A stretch of DNA of 64,000 nucleotides from positions 2,728,001-2,792,000 of the forward strand of contig OZ281494.1 in NCBI GenBank assembly GCA_965637545.1, in the 5' to 3' direction. Below, one piece after another: positions 28,801-41,650 of this stretch; the stretch's first letter is position 1; each line of letters opens with the position of its first letter. A program made the position numbers and the translations under genes. The DNA comes from Phallusia mammillata. Taxonomy: Eukaryota. The notes under the pieces are model-generated. The model was not told the DNA's origin, made no database searches, and worked only from the letters and a program-made list of their open reading frames with translations.

Positions 28801-31800
28801 AGTTGGATGTGATGTTAGTTGATTGCTTTATGGCAGATATGTAATTTATTGTGACCGGTAAATTGCGTTCGAAACATTCTTGCTTTGTCACGTTTTCCAA
28901 CTTCAAGCAAATGAAGTTACAACGTTGAATTTTAAGTTTATCAACCATAAATGGTACTATTAATGTCCGTGCTATGGTGTACAATTTCAATAACTTTTTG
29001 GGGATATAGAAATTTGGATACATTTCAAAACTTTTTTGAGGCAGAAAACCTAAAACCTGCAACGATTTTGAAAAACTCACATTACTCCTTCTCCCTTCTA
29101 ACCCCAAACCCCCTAAGCTGCCTGCATTTTTTATCCCGAAAATCCGTGCAGATTTATCGAGCCTTCTAGTTGATCGCTTGGCGGACTTTAGTGCAATAAA
29201 TCGTGATTATCTCGCCTAGTGAGCCGATATTACGCGGATTTTGGTCTTAATCTTCAACTGAAAAGTGCCATTGTTTGTTCACAAACACTCCACTGTGACG
29301 TATACGCTCCGTAGCTTGCTATGTAATTTCGTGAAGGAGATTTCCTTTGGCAATGTATAGCCACGCGTCAGAGGCTTGTAACGAATTTTGTTTAACATCT
29401 AAATAAAACTTTTAAATTCACAAGGTTTACCGCAATTCCATAGTTTGTTTAAACTGCTTTTATAAGTTGTTAATATCTTGGTGTAAAAAGGAAAATTTTT
29501 CGGTAATATTCACTCTACTTTGACAGATTATTGTCTTCGTTATTTATCTGCTTCTTGTCGAAACATAACAAAAAACTCAATATGTGGACAGTCACCTACT
29601 TTGCATTGTTTTAGTTCGATAAAATCCATTCGAAATCGTTTCAACTTTCGCTCGCGGCTTTAGGAGCGCAAAACGCGATTTGTGGTCAAGCTTTTAATCG
29701 ATTGTTTACGAACAATGGATGTCAACAAGCGCGGAATGCGACACAATGGGTAGCGGTCCCCCTCCCCCCATCTTACCCCTCAAACGGCCTCAGCCCTCGA
29801 GAAAATTTAATTAATTCGGCGTTTTCCCCACTTCAAGACGGAAGCCTCTGAAGTTTTTAACAATCGCAAACAATCAACAATTCTCGAACCAACGTCCGCC
29901 ATTTTGCTTTCCGCGCTCTTTGTTTGTCCACTGACACGTCACAACCATACAGATTGTGACGTAACACACGATAAGGGGTGATGGTAATATTTGTCGGGGT
30001 CATGCTGGTAATTGTATTATAATTGCTTTTATGCAACATCACCTGTTGCAGTGATAACAACATTTCGTTACAATCGCGCAGTTTAGATGTCTATCTCGTG
30101 TATGCGGGAAATCGTTTGTTTATCTGCTCTTTCACTTCTAATCAATGCCCTCATTATATGACTGTTAATTTATTGCAACGAACCGAGCATGTTTGCAAAC
30201 AAATAACTGAAAATGACGTCAGGCTAGTGACGTCAAATCGTAAGTGCTAGATAGGCCATTGAAAAATATAATTAACTTGTTTTAGTAAACATTCACAATT
30301 TTAATTGCAGCTCTACGAAATTGACAGCGACCCCAAGCGGAAGGAATTTCTGGACGAACTTTTCAGTTTCATGCAAAAACGAGGTAACCTCCCCCCTAAT
30401 GTGACGTCACAATCGAAGCACGTGAAACGTAGAAATCATGATTTTTTGGTGTTGACTTAGCGTGTGCAGCCATGCATAACACAGCTTCGAGAGCGAGGAT
30501 TTATCGCTGTGGATTATTTCCACCCCAGCGCACCGGATTAGAGTCAAATTTCGTCCCCAGATTTTTCGAACCCCAAAACATCGGTCGGGTGCAATAAGGA
30601 ATTAATAAAGAGATCCTGCCCCCGAACTTGTCTTGTTTTGAAAGCGGGCTCTAATTTCCAACCTAAACCTGGCATGTGAATATATTAGACTTTGGTTATA
30701 CGGTTCTTGGGTCGTGTTTTTTTTTTGATGAAGTGATTATTTTTTTTCGAAACAGCTGTATCTCTGATTCAAATTAACTGGTGAATTGAGCAGTACAGTA
30801 TGTGTTTGACCGTCGAGGGAAAAATTACGAACTTAATTTAATATCTTCAGGTGGTTTAAATCTATAAGGCCCTGCGTATATTTAGCAGCAACGCGCACGT
30901 CAAATGATAAAACGTCACGTGAATTTCACGTCACCGGCAACAAATATTTTCCCATAAGACCGTGGAAAAGCGATGTCAAGTTGACATAAATCATTTCTAA
31001 AAAGGGGAAACCACCGTTCGATTAACAAAGCGGTCGTCATGGGAATAGGCGGAAACGGTCAATTTGTTTGCATTTAACGCATTAATATTTCAAGAAGCCT
31101 GTAATTAAAAAGCATTCGCAGCGATGATAGAAGTAAGTGTCGATTGTGCCCGATGCATTATGCAAACCAACCCAGGCCTCTGTTACTTGTTTTCTCGAAT
31201 CAATTAAAACAATGCAACGTCATACACTGCTTGCGAGCGACGCATGCGGAATTCCCTTTGGATTTTCGTCAAAAACTGTTTTCTTCGGAATACTGTATGC
31301 GGATATGTGCATTAGCAATATACAATGATTGACTCCAAATACACTTTAAGTGACATGTCTTGTATTTCAATGACTCGGCAATTGCGAATTGAGAAATAAA
31401 TTCTCCTAAAATAGAAGTAAAAAGCGACATTCTTTATTCTCACGTTTCTGACTTTGATCCTGTGATGTCTACGTCAATGTGGTTTTGTGCCTGTAGCGGT
31501 TATTTAAATGTACTCCACCACGGGACTGTGGTCAATGCTAATAAGGCAACCACTCTTCGATATGTTTGTGCCCGGAAAACTCGATTTCAATTTGACACGT
31601 CACTGTGGCGGGGACGAGAGATGACAAAGGCGCGCGAAAAGTGACCCCCCCTCCCCCCAGTAACCACCAGACGCATTTTACTTGTTTAAAGGAATGCACG
31701 CGCGATAGCATCTCGACGAGTTATTCCAGCACTTCACTTCCAATCAGCGCAACGCCTGTGTGGAGTCTTGCATGACGCTTAAATGTTGTGCCTGCATACA

Positions 31801-34800
31801 GAAATAGCAAGCCGCTATAAAAACACGCGAATGATCGCGCGCCATACTCGCGGCGCCGCGGTGTCTGCTTTTTCGCGCCACTCCATCGCCCGAAATCCAT
31901 TTTCGCAGTTGCCATGGTAAACATTGTTACATTAGCGGCGAAAGGGCCCCCGCGTCGCCGGCCCCATATTCGGGGGTCGCCTTACCCCGACGTCGATATG
32001 AAACCGTGCCCTGCCGCGCGATTCTATTGTTACGTCAACAATGAGTCGCGGTTATGACGTCAGAGAGGCGTTGTTGTGTCGACATAGTGGTTAATTACAT
32101 CCATCTTGATTTTATTTCGCATGACGCATCATTGGGTGGAGTATTTGCTTAATGGAGTTCGCGAAGTCATTTTGGTTACAAATTATTTCATTGATTCTGT
32201 TTATCGTTGCTCAGCGGAATGTGCGCAAATTGTTTTTGCCCACTTGCACCGTAAAGATAATTTGTATTTGTGGTAAACTATAAAATATTAAAAACGTTAC
32301 AAGCACTAAATTCGTTTCTTCGAATTACAAAAATTCTTGAGTTGGTAAATTACAAGGATGTCACTCTTGACATTTGGCATATAACATACGTACATTCTGA
32401 CATTTACGCTATATATTTTTTTTTCTTTACTATATATATATATGTAGCCCACTAACCTCATATTATTTACAAATCCAAAACAAAACGCTCCATTTAAATG
32501 TCCCCTGGAACAAACGGACCTATTTTGTTGGGTGCAACGTTAAGTTTTTCATGGACGTTTTTTAATTATCCAAAATTTGTTTGAAGCGAATAAAGTGGTG
32601 ACCGACGAATGCTAATATTTCTTTACTGTGCGCCAAACGCCGGCTTTCTTTCGATTTTAACGCTTAAAAGAGCAGTTAAATAGAAAATATGCCATAAAGT
32701 GGTTATGAAACTTTCTCTTATGTTGCACTCCACCCTATTATCTCCTTCATTTGGCATCAAACTTTACCCTTAAGCCCACGCAGCAAGCAGCCCCCCAATT
32801 TTATCGTTCGATCTTAATTCTCGATTCTGTCATTAATTCGCCCCAGCCGTCACGGATGATTTCGGTACGCAATCAACCGTAAAATCCCGCTCAATTAAAG
32901 CGAAGTTTCTGTCAATTCGCGAGTTTCAGAAGTGAACGCTTTTACGCGATGTTTTACACGACTTCTATAACAATAAGATTGTTGCGCAACAAAGCGCTAT
33001 TGTGACGTGGCCGCGCGGCGTTCGATTAATCGGGATTTTTTTATAGCGCGCGAGTTCCTGTGAGGCCAAGAGGGATGAGGGGTGTTTTTCACGCTCGTTG
33101 GAATCGCGTGACAAAACAATCATTGTTAGCGCATAATGGACCCCCGGTGGAGATATTTATGTTTTTGGGGTAAAGAATTTAATGCCAGATATTGGATTCC
33201 AGTCATGGGTCGCTGGTTTATATTCAGTAAATGAATTAAAATGATAAATATAAAATACGAATAAATGTTCAACCATTTCTGCTCTTTCACGTTGCTCAGT
33301 TGCTTAAGTTGCTTTCTTTCCTTTTGTTTTCAAACTGCGGCTAATTTTGTGCAACAGACAAACAAATCATGAATAATGCAGTTTTCAATTAAATTAAAAC
33401 CCACGTGAGTAAACGTTATTTTTAGAAAAAACAATAGCGATATATAAATAGCACGTCTCTTTAAACTTTCCTTTCAAAACTAGCGAGTTTTGGCTTCAGT
33501 GGCATTTAAGGGGTTAAAATTTACCCCGGTATGCGACTTATCACCCCTAGGGGCGCAAACACCGAACTGTGGCGGCGAGTTACCCCCCCATCGAAGGCCC
33601 CAGGTCGGCGCGTTTGTCCCAACTTCGGTCACAGTTGATATGAAGAGTCAAGTTGAAGTTTTCAAATCAGCCGCGCAGGTCTTTGTTCTTCGTCTAAGCG
33701 TAGTTTGATATTCACGTAACAATCAAATAGCGCGATGCGGGTGGCGCCCTCCTCCAACTCCTCCCCGCTTGCGCGATTCGACATTCCGCAAACTTACCGA
33801 GACGTGACGATAACGACAGATGAGAAATCGCGTCGCAGCGATTGTTGTCTTCTGGGCGGATTAGTACAGACGCGATTGGCCGTGCCCCCCTTCTTGTGGG
33901 GGCGCTTGACTCATTACGGGGGGCTTGGGTCACGGATCGACGAGGGGCATTTGCGACCCGCGCCGCCCCCTTTGAGATGAACCCAAATTCAAACAAGGGA
34001 TTCGATTACTGAGCTCGATAAGTGAAGCGTGAACGCGATTGGTCTTATGTCGAATTTTGTTTCGTTAATTCTAGAACAAGAGATTGAAGTTTCTACTTGT
34101 GTGGGGGGGAGGTTTGTTTTTGGCCCGCCATGACATTTGAGCGCTTCTCATCGAGTTTACGTTGCAATATTGTTGATGCGAGAAATACCTGCACTCGCGA
34201 AAATTCTGGGAATGCGCTGCTTGCAACAAAACCTGCTGTCATCTCAACTATTAAGCAAGGCCATTTTATCACAATATGATTTTTGATGTTAACGGCGATT
34301 AGCCTATATGGAGACCAGCCAAAGGCATACTTTGGTTATATTGCGTGCCGAGTGCCTATTTAGTGTTCTTGGGGAAATTCACTCTCTAAAATGGTAGTAA
34401 TCAAAGTTACAGCCAACATGTTTAATTGAGCAAACACCTATGTCAGTATATTTATCAGAAAAACAAACAAATACGGTGATCAAGATTCCTATTTATCGAG
34501 GTTTAAAAAAATCGGGTTTAGGATCTAATCGTTTCATTAACTTTTATTACCTTCTAAATCATTTGATTGCATTATGCGCGTCAGCTCTAAATTGTTGCTC
34601 TGAATTCCTAAAAGTGTTTCATGCTTGCAAGAATTAATAGACCAAAACTTTGTAACCTAACTCCGCTACAAAGTGAGCAAATACCGCATTGGTAGCAACT
34701 TAGGTTAATGAGCAGGGACTTACATTTGTGAAGAAAATGCCACGCGATAGAAATGTTGTTGTTTTTCGGCAGGAACTCCAGTGAACCGGATCCCAATCAT

Positions 34801-37800
34801 GGCAAAACAAGTCCTGGATCTTTATCAGCTTTACAAGTTGGTGGTTGAGAAAGGCGGATTGGTTGAAGTAATCAACAAGAAAATATGGCGGGAGATCACG
34901 AAAGGACTTAATCTTCCTTCTTCCATAACAAGCGCCGCATTCACTCTCCGCACACAGTAAGTTTTGTGGCTTTTGATGTAGTTTTGATTAAGTCAAAATT
35001 AGTAAGGAATCAAAAGCAACCACCAACAGCATAAACCGACGTTCACTATTAGGCTTTCCTAACCAGTAAAACGTTTTTGTATTAAATCCCTAGTTTAAAC
35101 AAAACCAGGTTTTTCTGGGTAAAGGGAATGCAAAAATATTCCGCCTATTCAGCATCAATATTTCCTTATTCAAATAGAATCCACTTGAGTGGTAACAGTA
35201 CTGTGTGACGCGTTGATGACGGACGTCACAATGTAAAGTTGTGATGTAAACGTCATTGCAGGCAGACCCCAATGCGTTGTGACGTCACAACGATATGTCA
35301 ACTGTGATGTCACAATCAAAGATGGTAAAATTACAAAACGGTTAAAGTTTCGCATCGCAGCAGTGATCATAGGTTGTGTGAGGTTATTTAATGTCTTTCT
35401 GACTTTGTTGCACCAATTTGTTGAATCCGTCAGGATGTTACGGGCAAATTAAACTATTTTGTGTGATGCGGTCGTAAAAAAATCGATTAATCTTCGGCAA
35501 AACACGCTTCAAACTAAAAGAATCCACTATTTGAAAAAAGCTCGCAATTTATCACATACTTTAATCAAATTCCACCCAACGAAGCTGTCACTGAAGTTGA
35601 CAACATGAAAGTGAAATTGACTTGTAGAGAACTTCGCCTCTGCAAGCTAAGAGCCGTGGCATTAATTTGTTGACAAATCGTCTGTCAGGCAATTCAATTA
35701 CGGGCCAAGTCCGACCCTCTCGCGTTTCGTACCCCGGTGTAATCCCTAGGTAACCGGACCCACGGGGGCAAGTCACCCATGTTAAACATATAACAAGTCG
35801 GCGGTTGAGTTTGGGCGAATATAAGTTGCAAAGTAGAAGAGACTTTGAAAGTTTTGACTTGAAATTGGAACCTGTGTTGAGCAGATTACTAACCGACCTC
35901 CTTTTATTGCGAATTCCTCTGTTCCGTTTTTTGTTGCATTACATCACCGATGGCATTTCTAAGTTTCAAAGTTGTTTAAGTGAGCAATAATTTCCCAAAC
36001 AGCACAATTTATTGACTTTTTTGTGCAAACTTGTATTATTGTCATGGAAACATTTTCAGAGTATACGCCAAGTCAACTGCAACAGTTAATTTAGATTCTA
36101 ACTGACAATTTTTATTCACCGCATTTGCGTGAGGGATTCTAAGTTAAAGTTTGTTTATTGCACTAAGAAATATTTCGTGGAAAGACACACATAATCCTCG
36201 GAAAAATCACACCAACTTATTATGCTTATGAACACTCATTACCGCATTTGGGTTTCAACCAGAAAACTGTGATTAAAATACATTTAACTTCGAATCAATT
36301 CTTATTTTTCTCGACCTAACCCAGCAAACTTTTTTTACAGATACATGAAATATCTTTATCCTTTCGAATGCGAGAGAGAGAAATTATCCTGCCCATCAGA
36401 GTTGCAAGCAGCCATCGAAGGCAACAGAAGAGAGGGGAGACGACCAAGTTACAGGTAAGAGAAACTGAAGAGTTACAGATTATAGCTAAGGTCTGTATGA
36501 TCCAAGCTACAGGTAAAACAAACATAAAAACGGGATACAGATTAAAGCTAAACTCTGTGTGACGATTTTCAAGTTCAAAAAAATTGAAACAGAATTAAAC
36601 GTTTTGTCCTGTTGGTTTAAAATGGGTTTGAAACTTTTTTTAATAAACTGACCGTGCGTGCCAATCTTTTCCTACTTTCCTGCAACTAAGTTTTTATTCG
36701 AATTATGATTTTTTTTTTAACCTTATGTTTTATTTTTTTAGCTCACACATGTTCTCATATCCTCCAAGCTCGAACGGAGCCAACATGTTGACGCCCCCGA
36801 AATTCCCCTTTCCTCCACATAATGGATTGGGGCAACTTACTTCACTCGCTGCAAAATACGGTAAATTTCAATCAATAAATTGTGCACTAACTTGCGAAAC
36901 AAACTTTTTGTGTCTTTTTATTCTTACATAACAATCGTTATAAACCCATTGTTGACGTCACATCAGGTCAAAGTGACGAAAGAATGCTGCCGACGTCACC
37001 AACCCAACAATTGATAGCACAGCAACAACAACTTCTTCAGTCTGCAAATGCACAACACGTCGCTGCCATGGCGGCGCTAGAGAGCATCCAGAATCAGGCC
37101 AAAGTGAGGGTAAGTCACGTGACCCGTGACCTGTTATATTAGCTAATACTTTGACATTTGTTACGTCATAGTAAAGTCGTATCACTCCATTTTTAACATG
37201 TTTAAGACATTTTTTGTGATAGTTGGTTCTAATTTTCAAACACATCCACAGTTTAAAATAATACCACCGTCATAAGTGTTTCATATTCTAAATTTATTTG
37301 TTTTACTTTTCCAGGCGGCCCATGCAGCCCAGCAAGCAGCACAGCACGCAGCGCAACAGGCCGCTCAACACCAGATGTCGCTAAAGAAGGAAATCGACTC
37401 TGATTACTCGGAAGGGGAACTCCCCCCTGAGAAGAAGATGTGCTTTGATGATTCGGCGAGGTAAACAAATATTTAACTGAGGTTATTAACAGCTTGTTTA
37501 ACTATCTAGTGAGCAAAATGATAACAAGTTTCAATGGAGAAAATAGGAAAGAATATTGCAAAACCTTAATCAAAATTTTAAATTTGTGTTAATTTTTTAG
37601 GTCAGTACAATAGCAAACTAAAATTTTACATTTTCTTTTACAGACGATTGAGCCCAGATGAACCTCGACGTATTTCTTCCTCTTCAAGATCATCTCTCAA
37701 GATGTCAATGTCAGATAGAGGTGAGTCTATCATGGATGTTTTTGCTGTTTTACCTTATGTATTCTGGTGTTTGGTTTTTAATGTTAAAATGATGTTTTGC

Positions 37801-38354
37801 TTGGCAGGCAAACAAGGTGACATGAACGAGGTTTCAAACTGCGACTCTATCGACATGTCAGTCGAAGTCAACGGCATAACTTATCAGGTACAACAACAAG
37901 TTACTAAAAGCTATCTTTTAACTCTAACCTTTAGACAAAAATGTTCATGACATCAATGATATAAAGCCAGAGAAACCAAACTAGATGACTACATTTTATC
38001 CTATTGTCACAACAATTTTAATCCTAGATAATCTACTTTCCAATTCAAGGTCCCTAAGCTTATTTTATGTACCGCAAAGTAAGCTTAATAGATTTTTCAT
38101 TTTTTGAAACTCCAAAAACTAACAAATGGACTTATTTTAGCTGACTATTTCAGCATAATTATAAATCAGTCCGTGTATTTCTGATTACAAACAACTGCGG
38201 ATATCGATTCGCCAAACAATAGCAGATCAGGAAAATTTCTGTATTAGTATATCTTTAACAAGTGTGTTTGTTTCAGGGCGTCCTATTCGCACAATATCCC
38301 AACAATTCACCTTTGAAGCAATCCACCCCACCACCTCCACACAATTCAACATGA
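19412..38354 (+). CDS. ARID3: ARID3 / dead ringer / Bright family transcription factor, 12 coding exons, 582 aa
   Basis: Exons 19412-19855, 20064-20183, 21218-21388, 30311-30383, 34773-34956, 36341-36454, 36742-36860, 36967-37109, 37315-37460, 37644-37720, 37808-37887, 38277-38354; all GT-AG, phases consistent, total 1749 nt. Contains the N-terminal MKLEAVMENLQRQ motif, extended ARID (WTYEEQFKQ-LYEIDSDPKRKEFLDELFSFMQKRG-TPVNRIPIMAKQVLDLYQLY...AAFTLRTQ-YMKYLYPFECE...AIEGNRREGRR) and REKLES-beta (MSVEVNGITYQGVLFAQ). Confidence 0.95.
20064..20183 (+). CDS. ARID3: ARID3 exon 2 (polyQ)
   Basis: ttcttgtag|GFRELALLQHQQMAQRMAVEAQKRLQEQQNLQQQQQQQQQ|gttgaa; 120 nt, phase 0-0; weak donor. Confidence 0.75.
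21218..21388 (+). CDS. ARID3: ARID3 exon 3
   Basis: ttttgcag|LPHHPQ...QQEWTYEEQFKQ|gttagc; start of the extended ARID. Confidence 0.9.
30311..30383 (+). CDS. ARID3: ARID3 exon 4 (ARID domain)
   Basis: ttaattgcag|LYEIDSDPKRKEFLDELFSFMQKR(G)|gtaacc; 73 nt; too short for the ORF track. Confidence 0.95.
34773..34956 (+). CDS. ARID3: ARID3 exon 5 (ARID core)
   Basis: ttttcggcag|TPVNRIPIMAKQVLDLYQLYKLVVEKGGLVEVINKKIWREITKGLNLPSSITSAAFTLRT(Q)|gtaagt. Confidence 0.95.
36341..36454 (+). CDS. ARID3: ARID3 exon 6 (ARID C-terminal part)
   Basis: ttttttacag|YMKYLYPFECEREKLSCPSELQAAIEGNRREGRRPSY|gtaaga. Confidence 0.95.
36742..38354 (+). CDS. ARID3: ARID3 exons 7-12 (Q/A-rich region, REKLES domain, stop)
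   Basis: Six short GT-AG exons in frame, ending ...SVEVNGITYQ|GVLFAQYPNNSPLKQSTPPPPHNST* (TGA 38352-38354). Confidence 0.85.
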
Positions 38355-39316
38355 AGAGTCCAGTACACGACTGAGTTTAGCGCCACCTAGAGACAAAACC
38401 AACATACGTTGTCGCCGCTAGTGGGCGCACATCGTCCGATCAACGCGGCGCTTTGCACTACAACTCTCTACTGCCACAACGTGTCGCGGATCGTCAACCT
38501 ATCGCGAATTTTTTTTTCCAATTTTGACTTTTCTTGTGTTTTTATTTTCGGTGTTTCTTCCTTGTCGTGTTGTCATGGTCACGTGACAGCTCGGTCACGC
38601 CCGAATGCCTATGAACGAAATGTATTTTATCCCTATCAGTGTTGATAGACAAAGTGATCTCCACTACAGATGTCTTCAATCCGCCATTAATCAATCTCAC
38701 CAATGTACAAACCATCCGAAACAGAATATATTGATCACACAAGAAATGGCATCTCCGTGAATGTTTTTTTTTTCATGTTATTTTGTTCTTGTGGCGCTTC
38801 GCAGCTACCTCAAGTACCGGCCCCGCGAAAAGTTTCAGTGTTTTCACACCGTCTGAAACAACGACGCGTATCAATGCCGCAAGCACTCACACCAGTACGA
38901 GTGAAACTTGCAATTTTCCGCCAAACAAGGCGATTTTCCTCATTTACTTGTGGAGATTTGAATCCGAAGTACATGTATATTTATGTATGTGCCCAGCGTG
39001 GACAAATATCAAAAATCATCCAGAACATACATTAAAAAAGTCGTTTCAAATTAACAACGGATGATATTTCACTCTGTTGTATACAGCACGTCACTGCCAT
39101 GTCATTATGACATCACGCATACCAACGTAACTTAACAAAGTTTTTTTTTCCTGTTTGTTTCGAACAACTCTTGTTATTTCCCTGCCAAATTCGATATCAT
39201 TGTTACGTCATATAACTGATGATGACTCGGCAGTTCGTTGATTTCTGCTTCTGTACAAAATTTTGATCGCCCTTTTGTTTTGTTTTGACACTTTCGCGCA
39301 AAATGCATTACGTCAC

Positions 39317-39322
39317 AATAAA
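39317..39322 (+). terminator. Candidate polyadenylation signal of ARID3
   Basis: AATAAA about 1 kb after the stop codon, just before the tandem repeat. Confidence 0.3.
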
Positions 39323-39440
39323 AAATGACTGCCTCAGATCCGTGGAACAATATATAATGTGACTTTGAGTTTAATCCTCAGAAATTTAAAAACAAAAATG
39401 TAAAAGATATGAGGAAATATATGATTTTTCATAATATTTT

Positions 39441-40012
39441 ACCGGTTAGGAGGTTCAACAAGAGAAAGAAACACGCAAAAACCAATTTGAAACTGGAATA
39501 TTCCGGAGAAAACCCACCGAAATATAACAAATATCGAAAAAACGGAGAGGCTTAGGGTGTTTTTCAAAAATCGGGTCAAAATTTCTGGTTGTCGATTCAG
39601 CTTTAAACCGGTTTGGACGTTCGGTAGGGGGCTAAAACCGGCTAGAACCAGTTTGAAACTGAAATATTCCGGCGAAAACCCACCCAAAACCAGATTTTTC
39701 TTCGATATTTGACCCCAAAACATCGAAAAAACGGAAAAGCCAAAATTTTCGGGACAAATTTCTGGTTTTCGATTTCGGTTTAGAGGCTCGATAGGAGGCA
39801 GAAAACGGTCAAAACCAGTTTGAAACTTGAATATTTGAGTGAAAACCCACACAAAACCGGTTTTTTCTTCGATATTTGACACCAAAACATCGAAAAACGG
39901 AAAGGCGATAGCCTCAGTTTTTTTTTCAAAAATCGGATCAAAATTTCTGGTTTTAACCGGCTTGAACCAGTTTGAAACTGGAATATTCCGGCGAAAACCC
40001 ACACAAAACTGT
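39441..40012. repeat. Degenerate tandem repeat, about 3.3 units of 152-167 bp
   Basis: Anchor AACCA(A/G)TTTGAAACT..AATATT recurs at 39480, 39646, 39813 and 39965, followed in the complete units by gaaaaccca, atcgaaaaa and aaatttctggtt. Confidence 0.85.
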
Positions 40013-40886
40013 TCCTATTTATCACAGTAATACAAATCTAAACTGAGTTAAACTCACTTTCAACCTCAACAATCGTCGCCAAGGAAACAGAAAACCCGTG
40101 TTACGTCATATCACGTGGTTCTGATCTATTCTTATCATCTCAGCAACCTGTTAAAACACAGAAACCATTACAATTAAGGAAGCTATTTAAATGTTGGACT
40201 TTGAGTTAGCCACATATATTAAGTAAATATATCCGCTTTAGTTAACCGTTTACATTCGCAAAATTACTAATAATTTTGCATAGCGTTGTACGCTAAGCTC
40301 GTTAGTGCCCCAAACGTTGGTTCATTTATAAAGCGGAAACTGAACAAACCTGTTTTATCGACGTTGCCTCTCAGGAGGCTGATTGAGGCGATGGAGGATT
40401 TAAACTGATTTTAATCACCTTCTGGAGTAAAGTTTTACCAATAACATGAGCTTCTAGTGGCAAAACTACTGGTTTAACTGAAAGTTAGTTGTAGTGAAAA
40501 CTCTACAAAGCCGAATTTATTAAAGCTTGGTGTAATGTGACGTAGCTGTCCATTTTGCGCAAATAAAATTATTCTTCAATAAAAATAGTTGAGATTCAGC
40601 TGATTTTTTGCTGTATATGTTTAATTCACATTACACCAAACTTTAATAAAAATAGTTGACGTTCAGCTGATTTTTTGCTGTAATATGTTTAATTTTGTTT
40701 GCGTTAATAAGTTAATTACTTGCATGCGAGGCAACAAAATTACATTCTAAATGCTTTAAACCTTTTTTTGTTCATCGTCATAAGCTTTTTTACATACGTA
40801 GTCGGCTTTAAAAAGTACGTAATAACTTACCAATCCAAGTTTCAATTCATCGGATGAGGCCACCGTGCCCGAACGGACGTGGACAC

Positions 40887-40920
40887 GTTTCCATGACAAC
40901 AGCTGATGGCGTCACTTCCG
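40887..40920. promoter_or_regulatory. RFX X-box plus ETS-type site (orphan promoter signature)
   Basis: GTTTCCATGACAAC (40887-40900) fits the X-box consensus; CACTTCCG at 40913-40920. Confidence 0.4.
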
Positions 40921-41099
40921 TTGTGTGTCCGTCTGTGAAAGATAAATTCGAAATTGTAAATTATGTCGGAGGTTGGCAACTTGTAACACGGATACTCACA
41001 TTTAAGTTGGAGGCACAACTTTGATTGTAGCAGAATGCCAACACAACAACATAATATTGCGAACACAGAAATAAACACATGTGTGGGGTTCGTATGTTT

Positions 41100-41650
41100 A
41101 AGTCCAGCCGTCGCTGGTTCGTAAAAAGGCCGATTTGCAACATAATAAATATTTTTTTAGGGACTGTTACTATTTCGTCAGCTGTTGCTGCGATTTGAAA
41201 AATAATGCCATCCGTCGCTGGCCAATGAGGGGAAATTTTCATCACATAAAAACAAATGTGCATTACAAAAAAGCAAATTTACACAGAGGCATAACTTTGT
41301 GAAATACATTTATCGTCAGCAATCATTGCGTTTTGAAAAATTATCTCCTGTCGTCGCTGGGTTTAAAAGTGGCTTTTTCGTAATATTGCAAAAACTGTGA
41401 GTTAAGGAGGATGAATACGCAGCACTTTGAGCAATGAAACATTTTACACAACAAAATAGCAACATGCGTTTTTAGTAATCTATCCTTTCGCCAGCATTCG
41501 CTGCGTTTTGAGAACTTTGTCCAGTCATCGCTGTGTTAAAAAGGACATTTGCACAAAACCATATGAAATAAAGACATTCATGTTTAAGGCCCAAACCTTT
41601 ATCGCCAGCAGTCGTTGCGTTAAAAATTGGGTTTTCATGACATAAAAAAG
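41100..41650. repeat. Highly degenerate dispersed/tandem repeat
   Basis: Recurring tcgtcagc/tcgccagc...cgctg/gttgcgtt...aaaa modules and a repeated aaaaaagcaaa segment. Confidence 0.35.

Noticed and set aside
38783-39064. S/T-rich ORF after a good acceptor in the ARID3 3' region
   Set aside because: Using it would require skipping the conserved REKLES-beta exons; more simply 3'UTR.
39439-40002. 187-aa minus-strand ORF
   Set aside because: Produced by the T-rich tandem repeat; F/K-biased and repetitive.
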